This document shows, piece after piece, positions 23,551-37,435 of a stretch of DNA of 64,000 nt. This DNA comes from Malacoraja senta (taxonomy: Eukaryota). Position numbers and translations under genes: made by a program. The stretch's first letter is position 1, and each line of letters opens with the position of its first letter. The stretch lies in the NCBI GenBank assembly GCA_038087875.1, contig CM075989.1, positions 16,618,001 to 16,682,000 on the forward strand, read 5' to 3'. Below the pieces are notes generated by a model. That model did not search any database and was not told the origin of the DNA. It was given only the letters and a program-made list of their open reading frames with translations.

Positions 23551-26500
23551 CGAGTGGTTGTGCTTGTCTCGCTTAAATTTCTGTTTACATTTAGTGAGCT
23601 TTTTTTTAAAAAACTAAAGTAGTCAACTTCTGGAAAAAAAAATTTCAAGTTGAAAGAATGAATTAGAACACATTATTTAGAAGATGAATAGCTAAGAACA
23701 GGATGTCTCCATCTCAAATTCTTTGACCCACAAAAGGCCAAATATTAAGAGTCAAAACAGGAAGTTCAGTTGAAACTTATAAATGAACAGTTGGCTGGTT
23801 CAAACAATAATCTCCAATAGGCTGCAGAGCAATGCAAAATAAATATTTTGGACTCCAAACAAAACATACAAGGAATCCGATGATTGATAAAGTTTCTTCT
23901 GCTTAGAGTCTATTGAAACTCTCAATGGACTTTAATTTAAATTAAATTAGAGAGACCATACGGAATAGAAGATGAACAGCCTCTGCTCAGAGGATAAGAA
24001 ACTAATCAAGAAGATTCAGAGCACTGACAAAGCTTAGGGTGGAACAGGTTTTACATTTTGCTTTGTATATTGCATTATACACTCAAAACTCTAAATATCA
24101 CTGGAAAAAATTAGGCGTACAAAATAAACACCTGCTTATTGAAAGCAATGCCCGATTTCAAAACAGCCATCTGTGAACAATTAAAAGAAGATTAAACCAT
24201 AATGTTGGGCACATGCTATGACTCACCACACAAAATAGATTAAAAGAATCCAAAGGCAAACTAAAGATGTGCATGCACAGCAAACCAAAGATAAACCACA
24301 AAATGTTGTTTTTAAGGCTCTGCTTATGGGCAAAAAATGGATTAATCAGCTAATCCAACTGATAATAAAAAAACATTTTAGATACTTTTTGCTCTCGTAG
24401 AAAATCTCAAGCTTTTCAATTTAGTAACACCTGAAAATATACTTGGACCTACTGTTCATAGCTACAGGAAACAGAAGTGTCATCATTTATGAAAAAGATT
24501 AACTTAATGCCAAAGTTAATCTTTCAAATCAAACAAATGCATAAAATAATTTATAGTAATAGGAACTCCTGTACACAACACTTGAAATCAATTAATAGCC
24601 TTATAAATTGTTTCACTTTCCAGAAAAACAGCTTATGGAAGGTACAATACTTTTCTCTCCCACACACAAAACTATAGATTTTAAAGGGTCTCGACCAGAA
24701 ATGTCAACCATTCCTGCTGCCTGTCGCGCTGAGTTACTCCAGCATTTTGTGTCTACCTATAGATTTTTAAAAAGTGCTCCTTCTTGCATATCTAAGCAAA
24801 TGTTATCATCATTTCTAACATAAGACTTTTACAAATACAATAGTGCAGCTGATTGAAAACTTGACTAGAAAAGTTCCTGGAATAGTGCAGTCTGAAGCTT
24901 GCGGTATATGACATTGCTTCACCAAACACCGAGTCATGCTGCATAGAAACATGTCAATAACCCATCTACACTAATCCCATACATCAGCACTTCTATACCT
25001 TGGCAGTCGACAGCTCGTCTAGATACTTCCACCACCCACTCAAGCATGCTGAACTCCAGAACCTCCTGGAAACACCTTATGCGCATAACGTTGAATTAAA
25101 GGCCTCAAGGCAGCACAACTGAAGGTTTACCACGTCTGCACCACACTAAGAAATCTATAATGGCAGGACACATGTCAATATACTGAAATTCAATTTCTTT
25201 CTCGGCATTGAATGGTAAATATTATCATACTATCAATATTTTTCTCCCATGTTTAGTTTTGAGGAACTTTCTAAGTTGTAGATTTGTTTGTAACTTGACG
25301 ACTTCAACAATTTAAGCCACATATAAAGATTGGTAGCCAACCTAAACTAAAGTCACTCTGCACAAATATTAGGGCCTTCATTTGCACGAAGATTGGTCAG
25401 TAAGCACACAGAACAAGTGTCAAAACATGCACCAAATCTTCTGTGATATTTTGCAGCCAAGTCAGGAACCGTGCAAGGATCCACTGGAGAGCTCTAAGAA
25501 GCTGTTTTTAATTCACTTTTCCAACATCTTAATGTGAAATCAAAAGGAAGACTATCTCTTTAAGACCAGAGAGCCATTGTCAAGCTGTGTTCACCACCTT
25601 CAACTGAATGTCTAACCCTTTTTCTAAAACAGAGGCCCCCGTTGCTGTACACCCTAGCAAGGAAAACATCAAATCTGTGTCTATCTTATCCAGTAGATGT
25701 TACAATATTACTATGCTACAATAACATCTTATTTTCCTAAACACAAAGGAGTATAGGCCTAGGCTGCTTAATCTCTCTTATGCCAAGAATCAAACTGTTG
25801 AACCTTTCTTCCCACCACAGATACATCCTTCATTGAGTGGGGAGACTAGACTTATACCCAATATTCCCGATGCAATCTCACCAGGGCTCTAAATAATTGG
25901 TGCAAGGTGTCTCTGCACACATACTCAAATCTTCTTTCTTGACCCGAAACATCGCCAATTCCTTCTCTCCATAGATGCTGCCTCACCCGCTGAGTTACTC
26001 CAGCATTTTGTGTCTACCTTCGATTTACCAGCAGTTCTGCAAACATTTCTCAAACATACACTTTGCCTTCCTAATTAGTTAATCAACATGCACATTAACT
26101 CGTGGTCCCTGTGAACATCAACACCTTTCAATAGCGCATGTCCTCACAGTTGTCCACATTTTGTTTCCATACTGTAGGTCTCTATGACTCGACAAGTCCT
26201 TCCAAAAATCATTTCTCCCTCCATCAGGCAGCATGCAGCAATACAAAGAGAAACAATTCATATAAACAATTCAAATGCCGAATCTTCCCATTCACAAATA
26301 TCATCAAGACTGCTAGAACTGGAATCATGATCTCCCAAGACTGCTTTGGGCATGAACCCACCACCCCCCATTCCGCAATACCAAAGAATCATACCGATTG
26401 AATGCTCAAGTCTCGAAGTTGCTGTTGATGGTTCAGTAACACAATATCAAAACAGCTGCTTCTTTGTTGAATCATTTATGATGGAAGAATTTACGCGTCA

Positions 26501-26934
26501 GCGAAAAAAACACTTGAATTTGTTGACCATAAAGGAGAGCCTGAAGTTGCAACATAAATTATAGATGTTATCAATAAGCATTAACTTGAAAATAAACCAG
26601 CGGCATTCACAGCAGACAAAGTAAAGTAAAATAATTCATATATATAGAAGTCTTTGGCCTGAACTGCAATGAACACAATTCTGGCAGACACAGAGTATTC
26701 TGATAAAGATCTTAGGATATATATTATTTGAATTGAAAGAGTGAAAATCTTTGAAAATACATTGGTCATGAACAAAATAAAATATAGTAGAATATAGTAA
26801 TCTGAGATAGCTATTTACTTTTCCACTTTTAAAGGCCATTAAAATCATATTACTTGTCAGAAGAAAGATGCCCTGCAATTCTTTGCAAAGTAAGATATCA
26901 AATTGAAAAGTTGTGGCTTACATTTATTCAAGCA

Positions 26935-27460
26935 TATACAACGAATGGGAGGGCTTTAGGAAGTATTGAGGAACAGGACCTTTATGTACAAGTGCAAACG
27001 TCCCTGATGGTAACAGCACAGGAAGATACGGTTGTGAAAATGGCATACATTTTCACATCTTCATTACTTGGGACATAAAAGCAAGAATACACAGGTCATG
27101 GAGTAACATTATAAAATACTGGTTAGATCACAGGTGAAGTACTGTGTGCATTTGTGATTGCCACATGATAGGAAGGTTGTAATTGCACAAGAAAGCGTGC
27201 AGAGGAGATTCACCAGAATCTTTTCAGTGATAGAGCCTTTCAGTTACGAGAAGAGGCTGATAGACTAGGGTTGTTGTTTCTTGGGGTGAAGGAAGCTGAG
27301 GAGGGACCCGCTGGAGGTATACAAAATTACACAGTGTATATTGTAGGGTGGAAACGTTTCCTCACATTCCGTAAGAGGTAAAAGGTTTAAGAGATTTGAG
27401 ATTTTACTTTTTTCACTCAGAGGGTGGTGGGAATCTGGAACATACTGGTGGTGGTGGATG
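26935..27460 (+). mobile_element. Old CR1 3' fragment
   Basis: gtgcagaggagattcaccaga and ttcactcagagggtggtgggaatctggaa. Confidence 0.7.
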
Positions 27461-27636
27461 CACTATATTAAAAGTCATGAGTGCTTAATTAGTTTAGTTT
27501 TGTTTATTACTTTTACGTGAACCAAGGTACAGAGAAAAACCTTTTCGTTTCATGCTATCCAGTCAATGAAAAGACTATGTATGAATGATTAATCAAACTG
27601 TCCACATTGTACAGATAAAGGGTATATCAGTTAGTG

Positions 27637-28474
27637 CAGGGGTCGGCAACCTCGTTCTGCATAGGGGCTGGGACACATGTCTGTGAGCGGATGGCGGGCC
27701 ACATCTATCACGTGTACACATGGATATCGCCCCGGATGACAGGCATCAAATCATGTTTCACATAGACCCCGCTCCTTCGAGGACTGCCCCCTAGTTACGG
27801 GCGCTCACAAACATGGCGCACCTACGGACCATTGCCTTGGCTCTGTCCTGAAGGCGGCGGCTCAAATACTCACACTCACTCGTCCCCAGCCTATTGACAA
27901 CCCCGATCCCAACAGTGCGTTTAAGAAAGAACTACAGATGCTGGAAAAATCGAAAGTAGACAAAAAGCTGGAGAACCTCATCGGGTGAGGCAACATCTGT
28001 GGAGCGAAGGAATAGGTGACCTTTCGGGTCGAAACCCTTCTTCAGACTGGTCTCAGACTCAGAGCGGTTCTGAAGAAGGGTCCCGACCCGAAACATCGCC
28101 TATTCCTTCACTCCGTAGATGCTGCCTCACCCGCTGAGTTTCTCCAGCTTTTTTATCTACCTCCGATCCCGACAGTGAAGCCCAGACGCAGAATGTACGC
28201 GGGCGTGCTGGCGGCTTTGTGCAGGAAGCGGTAAAGGCCAGAGCTTGGCGTTCCTCGGCTGCTCGCCGCTCCTCGGCTCTCCGCCATTGCGGCCGCCAGC
28301 ACAGGCCTCCTTGCGTCACCGCACGTGGGCGCCGCGGCCTCGGTTCCGGGAGGTACCGGAGACGAAGGAAGTCGGTGGGCCGGATAAATACGGGGGAAAA
28401 AAAACGCCTGTGGGCCGGATAATTTTGGGTTACGGACCGCATTCGGCCCGAGTGCCGTAGGTTGCTGACCCCTG
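27637..28474. mobile_element. hAT (Charlie-like) MITE with 16-bp TIRs and 8-bp TSD
   Basis: TIRs CAGGGGTCGGCAACCT / AGGTTGCTGACCCCTG. Flanks AGTTAGTG (27629-27636) and ATTTAGTG (28475-28482). Confidence 0.88.
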
Positions 28475-28499
28475 ATTTAGTGCAAGATAAAACTCAGAT

Positions 28500-29430
28500 G
28501 GAATTGTCAATGGAACAATTAAATTCTTACTACAGCTTTACAGGCCCATTAACACATCAATAATACAATAAGTTAGCAGTAATACTTGGTAACCTGACCA
28601 TAATAGTGTAAAACCGAAGGAAGTATGTAGTGCAACCAAACCAAAGTCCATAATAGATTGTTGCCGAGGTAGGGTTGTGGTTCAAGAACCTGATGGTTGC
28701 TGGGAAGAAGCTGTTTCTGAACCTGGACGTCACAGTTCTCACGCTCCGTACCTCCGTACCAGCAGTGAGATGAGAGCATAGCTAGTGTGGTGCGGCTTTT
28801 GATGATATTAGCTGTCTTTCTGAGCAGTCTTCTGTGAATCTCTTTGAAGGTGTAGAGGGGAATAAACGTGATAGGTTGGGAAATTTCTGCAGTCTCCTTC
28901 GGTCGAATTACCAAACCAGGCCATCATGCAACCAGTCAGTAACCTGAAGACGTTTAATAGAGCATTTGGCAACAATCAGAATCTCCTCAATCTTCTAAAG
29001 AAGTAGAGGTTTTGATGAGCGTGCTTTGTGATTGCATCAATGTGCCGGGCCCAAAAATTTCCGAGGAATGCATGCCCCGGAGAAGCTGATAACTCTCTCC
29101 ACTGCCATCCCATCAATGAAGACAGGCTATTGGATCCTTGGCTTTCCCTTAGTGAAGTCAACAATCAACTCCTTGGTCTTGTTAACGTTGAGAGTAAGAT
29201 TGTTCTAGTGCCGATCAGATTTATCAATCTCCCTCCTATACTCTGACTCATCGTTACCCATTATTTATCCAACAATGGTGGTAACATCGGTGAATTTAAA
29301 GATGGCATTGGAGTTGTGTCTGGCTATACAGTCATGAGTATAGCGAATAGAACAGGAGACTTGACATGTTTGTGTGTTGATAGTCATAGAGGAGGAGGTG
29401 TTGTTGCCAATTCATATTAATTCATGTCCA
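28500..29430 (-). mobile_element. Rex1/Babar-like LINE fragment
   Basis: HIDAITKHAHQNLYFFRRLRRF and RFRNSFFP peptides. Confidence 0.8.
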
Positions 29431-30174
29431 TTCATGAGGAAGTTGACTTGTAGCTCGTCAACCCAGGCAACAAACGAGGAAATGCCCCACAGTTTAAGCT
29501 CCACTGTTGAGTTCGCTGGCCAGATATCACCGAGAAAAACTAAGCCACTTGCTCTTTCAGAAGAGAAAATGGGGCACAGCAACCCTACCGAAGGGATTAA
29601 AGATATGAAAGGACTCTCCTTCCCTCACCCAGTTCAAATCTAAGCATCAAGGTCAAACTGTGCAAATGTGCCAAAAAACATCTTTCACGTCAGTCTACCA
29701 CATCAAAACAAATAATGACTTTAGTAAAATGTATACACATAACCTCTTGCAAACATAAAGTTTGAAAAAAATTAAGCCATTCAGATCATGCAAATACCAA
29801 TTTCTCATGTAATTTCAAAGCATTAGTCACATCTGTCCAATTTGTTACACATAATTTAATGCTCACCTTTTACCAATGAAAGAATAATGATCTAGACAAA
29901 AATGATCTTGCTTGAAAATTGATTCCTACATTAGAGTGCATTACAAAACAAACAAGAGACAAAAAGGAATCTCATTAATATGCAAAAATATGAATTCCTA
30001 CACTATAAGACAGAATTTTAAGTTATTGACTATAGTAACTGTACATCAATTAACTCGTCACATTTTAATGAGAAAATGCCCCGCAGACCCATTTCCCAAT
30101 TGTTAAGACTGAAATTGTGGCCTATTTGCCAATTTTTCCATCAAGTCTTGCTGCACAACAACAACAACTTATGC

Positions 30175-30620
30175 TTGCCTGAACCAACCTGATCTCCCGG
30201 TTGCTGGACACTTTTATTCTCCTTCCTATTCCTACACAGACCTTTCTGACCTCTGTCTCCTCCATTGTCAGAGTGAGACAAAACGCAAATTGGAGGAACA
30301 GCATCTCATATTTCGCTTGGGCAGCTTGCAGCCCAGTGGTATGAATATTGATTTCTCTCACTTCAGGTAGCCCCGGCATTCCCTCTCTCTCTATCCCTCC
30401 CCCACCCAAGTCGCACTAGCTTCTCTTTTTCACCCTACAACCCGTTTCCTTTATCATCGTTAGTTTTTTGCATATCTTTCATTCATCGTTCTTTATCTCT
30501 CCACATCACCGTCTATATCTCTCGTTTCCCTTATCCCTAACCAGTCTGAAGAAGGGTCTCGACCCAAAACGTCACCCATTCCTTCTCACCAGAGATGCTG
30601 CCTGTCCCATTGAGTTACTC
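30175..30620 (+). mobile_element. Penelope-like element 3' fragment (GIY-YIG C-terminus plus pseudo-LTR)
   Basis: Reads PDLPVAGHF...RKLEEQHLIFRLGSLQPSGMNIDFSHFR* (stop 30368-30370). Hammerhead-like core at 30546. Confidence 0.82.
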
Positions 30621-30750
30621 TATATGCTATACAGGTCTTGCCTGGCAATGTTGCTATGGCAACATATTTTACGTAAAATATCTTTGTGGGAAAATAAATG
30701 ACCTTGCTTGTGATGAATACAAAAAATCCAGATTCTCATCTGTTATTGCA

Positions 30751-30771
30751 GAGCGCCATCTGCTGGCGCTC
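30751..30771 (-). promoter_or_regulatory. Candidate CTCF binding site
   Basis: The minus strand reads GAGCGCCAGCAGATGGCGCTC, a close match to the CTCF core CCAGCAGRKGGCGC. Confidence 0.5.
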
Positions 30772-31305
30772 TTACAAATGGACATTTGCAGCCTTAAAAA
30801 GCCTTTGTGACATCTGGATTTCAATACAGTAATCACCCGTTTTCGATTACTGGACTTATTTACGGCATGTACGTATGACCAGGGTTGGGGAAACCGGCAA
30901 GTTGGATTTGCCAGTAGCTGTTCCAATTTTGCCATATCAAACCCAGGAAGAATATATTTATGTTAACACGTTGATGTCCATTTTGCGAATCCTATCAAGA
31001 GACATGCCTTCTGGATCCACCATTCAAAACCTCGTCATTAAAATCGTTACTGAAAGACCATGTGAAATAAGGGATGGATAATTAAAATGCAAATAATGTC
31101 ATTTTTAATTTTGAACATTCATTAGATTGGAAACCCAAATCAACTTCAGGAACAAAATACCAGCATTATCTATATCGTCAAGCTATTCTTTTGGCTGAAC
31201 GAAGGCTGACACTGATACTTGCTGGGACATAAGAATGTTTTAATAGTTATTTACTAATTATCAAAATGTCTTATGGGCTCAAATATACCCAGACAAACTG
31301 CTTAC

Positions 31306-31519
31306 CAGTCATTGAACTTTCTGATGTAGACAATTGCTCCCTGAGCTTGTCAATATCATCTGGATGAACTTGTTCATACAAAGTGCTTCCAAACCATTCA
31401 GCCTGTGGATAGTTTAAAACGGGTGTAACAGAGTCTGATACATAGATGACTCTTCCGGTCTCAGATGCAGCTACAAAAAGGAATCCATCTGCTGCCTCCA
31501 AAATAAGATGCTTCAATTC
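31306..31519 (-). CDS. ARNT2: ARNT2 PAS-A exon, 214 nt ([72 protein letters not shown])
   Basis: Inside ORF 31271-31540. Acceptor ctctttcaag|, donor G|gtaagc. ARNT PAS-A sequence. Confidence 0.97.
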
Positions 31520-34500
31520 CTTGAAAGAGAATGAAAGCAATATAAATATTAAGATAGTAAAATAACATATTCAACAATAATTGTTGATATCACATTTCCA
31601 GCATTTCTATGGTGACTTGTCAGAGAACTATCAATAACTTATTCTTGATTACAAAACTACAAAAGTTACTAGACTGATTCTTGGACCAAGAAAGTTAGTC
31701 CTTGAGGAGGGCTGACTTTCCTCATAAGAGACTATATTCTTTGAAGGTTGTATGATTGAGGAGCTTTCAAAGTACACTGGATACATTACAATGAGAAAAA
31801 AAAGAATTAACTAACCATTCTAAAAACATTATGAAAATCTAGCCAGCAACACAAGGGATAGTAAGAGTTTCTATAGATATTTAAAAGAGGTACAAAGGAA
31901 GAGTTAATCCTAAAGAGAGGGAATCTAGGTAAATGGTAATAATGGTAAAGGAGATATTTAAACTGATGTGCAGGAAAGAACTGCAGATGCTGGTTTACAC
32001 CAAAGATAGACACAAAATGCTGGAGTAACTCAGCGGGACGGGCAGCATCTTTGAAAAGACGGATTCGGTGATGTTTTGGGTCAAGACCCTCCTGCAGTAT
32101 GAGCGAAGATGTGGAGAGATAAATTCCAACAATAAAAAGTTCCCTTGGATAATCGAGAATAGTCACAAACAGATGAGCCATGACTATTACACCCAAATTA
32201 TTATTATAATCCTGATCATGACTGGGTACATTGTGTTTATATTTCCTTTGTTAGATATCACCTAACACCTGCTCAATTAGGCATATTTCTTTCTAATAAT
32301 ACCAATTAACTTCCCCCATGGGTATTGGTCTCAGCTTTCATGGTTGAAACACTCCGAAAAGTCCCAGTGCCCCTCTAATCTGAGGATCCCTTCTGTATCA
32401 TTTTTCACTCAACATTAGTATTTTACCATAACCCAATTATAGGCCAAATCCAGCGATTACTGACTTTGTGGCCCTTTTTAAAGTTGTAAAACTCTCAACT
32501 GCAGGGCCTTAATCATTTAAAATCTTTGTTTCCAAATGGACCACAACTTCTAATGGCTTGCCACATTCATTCACAAGAGTGTTAACTTTCCTTCTCGTCA
32601 CAGATGTTGTCTGACTTGTTAGGCATGTTCAACATTTTCTATTTGATTGCCAGAGCACATCAAAGTTATCTCTTCATGATCACATTAAAGAAATTGATTT
32701 CACTATTAAATAAATTACTGCATTTAATAACAGCATAATGGAAGTTAATTTTATTCAGCATCTAGCCTGTTGCTGGGCTATGGATGTTTCTTAACACAGC
32801 ATTCATCCTTTGGGATACCAGATACTAGTGGCTCCTCAATTTGATCACAGCTTTTTTCTTATAACTAATATTGATCAATACCTTTCTCCAATATTTTACT
32901 GCTCTTTCCTTTGTATTAAAACATAAAATCAACAGCTATGACACATTTTACAACATCTTTGAATTTGTGTTTATTTCCACAAGAAACAATTCATAATCAT
33001 CAAATTTAGGAAAGGTACAACAAATGAAATCTCACTATGGGATATGATTAACAAAGGTCACCCTCATGAAGAGTCCTATTTAACTGGACAGACAAATGCA
33101 AGATACTGTAATTGCTTAATTCTCATTAATTTCATAAAGAACAAATGCCCTGCTGTTTGAGTAGCTGCATAAGTCATGATCAAGGTGATATCAACCTGAT
33201 ATCGGGGTTCCCTGGGGTACTGCAAAGGCAGGTAAATGAGCACAGTGTCACATCAATCACCCCCGTTTGGTTTGTCGGATTCTGATGTAAGGCAGCAGAG
33301 TTCTAATTAGAAAAATCTGTTATTAGGCACTCCCAAAAATTATTTCCTTCAAACTTTCCCACACGTTAAAACAGTCCAGGGAATAACCTTACAGGACGAA
33401 AAGCATTTTTATTCTGCAGTTCTCATTCATGATAAGAATACAGAACATTAGAACTTCAGAAAACCACAAAAATCAAGATGGAATATAAATAGCTATCAAC
33501 AGGGAAAAGCTATTTTCAGGTCAGTTGCATGAGACTGCAGCTGGCTTCCCCCAGTATAGAGGATGACTACAAGACTCTGATTTAATCGCTCTATACAAAC
33601 TTTGTAGAAAAGCTGTGCTTTAGTACACTTTACTGGAATACTATGACCACGGTGCATAGTAGTGCGTACAGGGAAGAATCTGACCATGTCCTTACAGCTC
33701 TGCAACAACCTCTCAAAGGATGAAAACCCTGCATCCCAAAGTCTGCTATTTCCATAGTATCATAGCAACTCTTCCAATATCATGCTGAAAAGGTACGATG
33801 TGACTGGTTCATTCATTGGTGAAACAGAAATTATATGGCCACTTATAAAGTTCAGATCAAAGGAAATCAATTGGCCCAAAGTGTCTCTGTTGGTTGAAAG
33901 AGAGCGTCTCAATCCAATCCATCTGCCTCGAAGCTCAGCTCTTCAAATACTTATCCAAGTAATTTCAAAATCTTTAATCACTAGCACCTTTAAGGAAGTG
34001 AGATCAGATCACTACCATTCTCCAGATATTTTTTTTTCTCATCTCTTCTTTAATCCTTCCACTAATCACTTTAAGTCCACGAATTCTGTTTTTTCACGCC
34101 TCTGCTAGTTACTCTTTTTTTATTTCTTCTCTTGGGATCCTTCATAATTTTACACATCTCCAATCAGTCTCAACCTGACCTCTTCTTTTCAAAAGAAAAC
34201 AACCCCAGCTTATCGAATTATTTCTCAAAGCCAAAACTCCCCATTCTTGGCAACATCCTCATGAATATTATTACATCCTCTCCAGTTCAATACATCTTGA
34301 ACTGGTATAGTGGAGATTTTGGTTTGAGGAACAATTGGTGAGGACCAGAACTGTAGGTTAACCCATCTTAATCTTTCTGAAACACTGATCACATTGGTTT
34401 CTTCATTCTTCAAGGTCCTGAATCATATTATCAATTCATCACAAATCAGAAATAGAAAGTAAAAAATTTTGGCTGCAACTTATGAATTATACAAGACGGT

Positions 34501-34626
34501 CATGCAAGCTGGAAAATATATTAACTTGGCAGATGCTGATGATTAGAATCAAATCTGTGTAAAAAAAAGTCACTTCCTTCAGGAGTCACTGCTTAACATT
34601 TAATAACATTCCCAATCCTAACCAAC

Positions 34627-34840
34627 CTTCTCTGTTAGGAACGAAGGCTTATAGGCACCGTCAGTCGAAGTATTTCCTGTTCCCCTTAAAGACTTCATAT
34701 GAGAGACAGCCATGCGAAGAATCGTCAGTTTATCAGGTTTGCGTGCTAAAGCACTACATGTTGGTACCATGTCAGACAACTCTGTGATATAAGCAGTCAT
34801 CTTGTTTCGACGTCTTCTTTCAATTTCACTGTGATTCTCT
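34627..34840 (-). CDS. ARNT2: ARNT2 bHLH exon, 214 nt ([72 protein letters not shown])
   Basis: Inside ORF 34618-34914. Acceptor cacag|, donor AAG|gttggt. Canonical ARNT-family bHLH. Confidence 0.97.
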
Positions 34841-37435
34841 CTGTGGATTTTAACAATATTAATAGTATTGATAAACCATAAAAGAAAATAAAAGAAAATG
34901 AAAAAATAAAACAATTCAGTTACAATTGCCTTTAAATTAATCTCTGCAAGCCAAACATAGTTTAGGATTTCCTACCACTCCAGTGGGATGGTTATTGTGT
35001 GTAAAGTTAAAAATGCTAACGATTAAGAGAGTTGCAAAAAGTTAAATGAAGAGGACATCAAGTCTTCAAAATATAGATTAGAATTCAGACAAGATGTCTC
35101 TAACAGTTTGTTTCAGCCAAATTTGTCTGACATTTCAGTCATTATTCATTCCAATCAGAGTTGAGACATCTCAATTCACTGGAGTTCAACAGAGATTGTT
35201 GATGGGGTGACGTGGTGAAAATTTGCTCCCTTGGATCAGAAATTAACTAGAAACACATTGTAGGGCAGGCTTTATACTTAGTGAAAGAAAGCAGATCTTG
35301 GTCTGCCAATGGAATTTCAGTCAGAGAGTTTTCCCAATTGGAATTTGATGCATAAAGACATAAAATAAAGATCCCCTTTGCTTTTTGGGATATCTCAATC
35401 ATTTTTCCTTATTTTGGTCTATTGCAGGAAGGGTTTCAGTTGTTTCATAAAAGGATCTTAAATTGCTACTTTTGTTCAGTCAGACTAAATCCTGCAGAAT
35501 AAACCAGTTTCTTAATTTATCATCTGCTTTACCTAAAGCTTCATTAATTTCACCCACTGAGAGATGAAAGAAACAAAATTGTTGTAAATGCTGTTCAGGT
35601 TGGATGCTTGGTGTATGCTCTGAAATGGTTTCAGGGATCCCTTGCCAATTTAAACTTGGTGCAGGATAAAGATACCATTGATTCCACGCCATGCTAGTGG
35701 AGTTCAGAATACTTTGAACCAGCAAGGTAAATCCACCAGAACCAGATCAGGTAAATATAATGTACGAAGATTGCTGTTTGCTATGATTCCAGGCCGCAGA
35801 CTCTGAGCAGGCTCAGTAGATTCTGAGCCCTCCCTGTTTTGCCCTACATTATACTTATAGTCGGACAAGTTAACTGCAGAATATAAATGCCGCAAGGCCT
35901 ATCCACAACAACAAAAGTAACGTGCAATGAACCTGTGGGAATATCTATGATAGCTCCGAAATTTGTGACAGGTCATTAATTTGTTTTGCTCCAACATGAA
36001 AAATACTTCATAAAATTGTGTAACTAAATTTCAAAATATTAATGCATTCTAAAATAACATTGCTGTATTTCTTATTCATATTGTACTTACTTCATAATGC
36101 CTAATTCCCTATATAAATGAAGCATGTAAACAACATAATTTAAAAAAGCAAATAATTATTGATTTTCATAATTTTGCATAACATACATCAATTTTACAAA
36201 TATATTGACAAATATACTCCCCTCTTGCACTACACACTTTTCTATTTACTTTTTATTTTAATAACTAAATTTGACATACATTCTGGACTGAATGTTTACA
36301 TTTTATTTGTCTTCCTCCAAAATACATTCTAATACTATTTTGTTACATGCATGTGTTGATGTTAATCCCAAATGATTAATTTACATATAACAAGACTGCT
36401 TTCAGAACTATCGTTAGTGCACTGGATTGTCAAATTTGTTGTTGACTATATAAGCTAATTCAACAGATATATTTTGAATCCATTCAGCCACATATTTTGT
36501 GAGCATTTATTAAATCTATTTTTAGTAGATAATTACATTTAAAAAAATTAAAACAAATAGAGACTATTAAAAATGTATTTTTGGGCTGGGATTGAAACTA
36601 ATAGGAGTAAACATAAGACCACCATATAATATCACAACATTTCTCAAACAATTTCACTTGAACATATGCAAAGCAACGACCACTTGGTAGGCAGAAAGAT
36701 TTTGCACACAGCACAGCCCACAAAAACAGTAAAGGGATTGAAAATTAATCCAGTTTTAGTAGTATTTTTTAAAGCATCATTAAACATTTGTCAAAATATA
36801 TCTTTGCCTATTTAGTTCAAATAAATTTCATAATAAATATTTCTATACATTGTGAAAGATAGTAGAAGATATTCCATCTAAAAATCTAATTCAATGTTAA
36901 ACTCAGCCCCAATAGCAATTTACGCACTGATATTGCTCAGGGTACATTCTGACAAAAGCATCAATAATACCTAGAGTTTTCATTCCTTTATAAAAATATG
37001 GAGCAACATAAAACTAATTGCCGGCAGAACTCAGCAGGTCAAGCAACATCAGAAAAAGTCGTGACATAGACTCTCAACCCAAAATGTCAATTATCCCTTT
37101 GCCTCCAGAGATGCCTGACCCGCTGAGTTTCTCCAGTGGTTGGTTTTCTGCTCGTTTTCAACATCTCCAGTCTCTTATGTCTCCATTAAAAAACATAATC
37201 AGGTTCCAAAATAAAACAAATGTACAATTATATCTTGCAACATTTAACAGGCAACAACACTGTTCACTTAATAAATGGTAAACATGCAAACATGCCTATT
37301 TTTGTCACATACTAATATCATCATTATTTTAGATGAGAATTTTGCTATATATTTCTTATCTATAACAATTGTTGATATTGGCACAAAATTTAAGAACAGG
37401 TGATGTTACTTTGGTAGTTATTTGCTTTTTCCTAC

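Noticed and set aside
26346..26564. 72-aa ORF in non-repeat-looking intron sequence
   Set aside because: No recognisable motif or splice context; length expected by chance.
35480..35935. Possible extra ARNT2 exon (ORFs 35480-35725 and 35704-35895; tcccacag acceptor, TTAG|gtaaag donor)
   Set aside because: The open frame ends in phase 1 but the bHLH exon needs phase 2. The phase-2 frame has stops, and there is no ARNT similarity.
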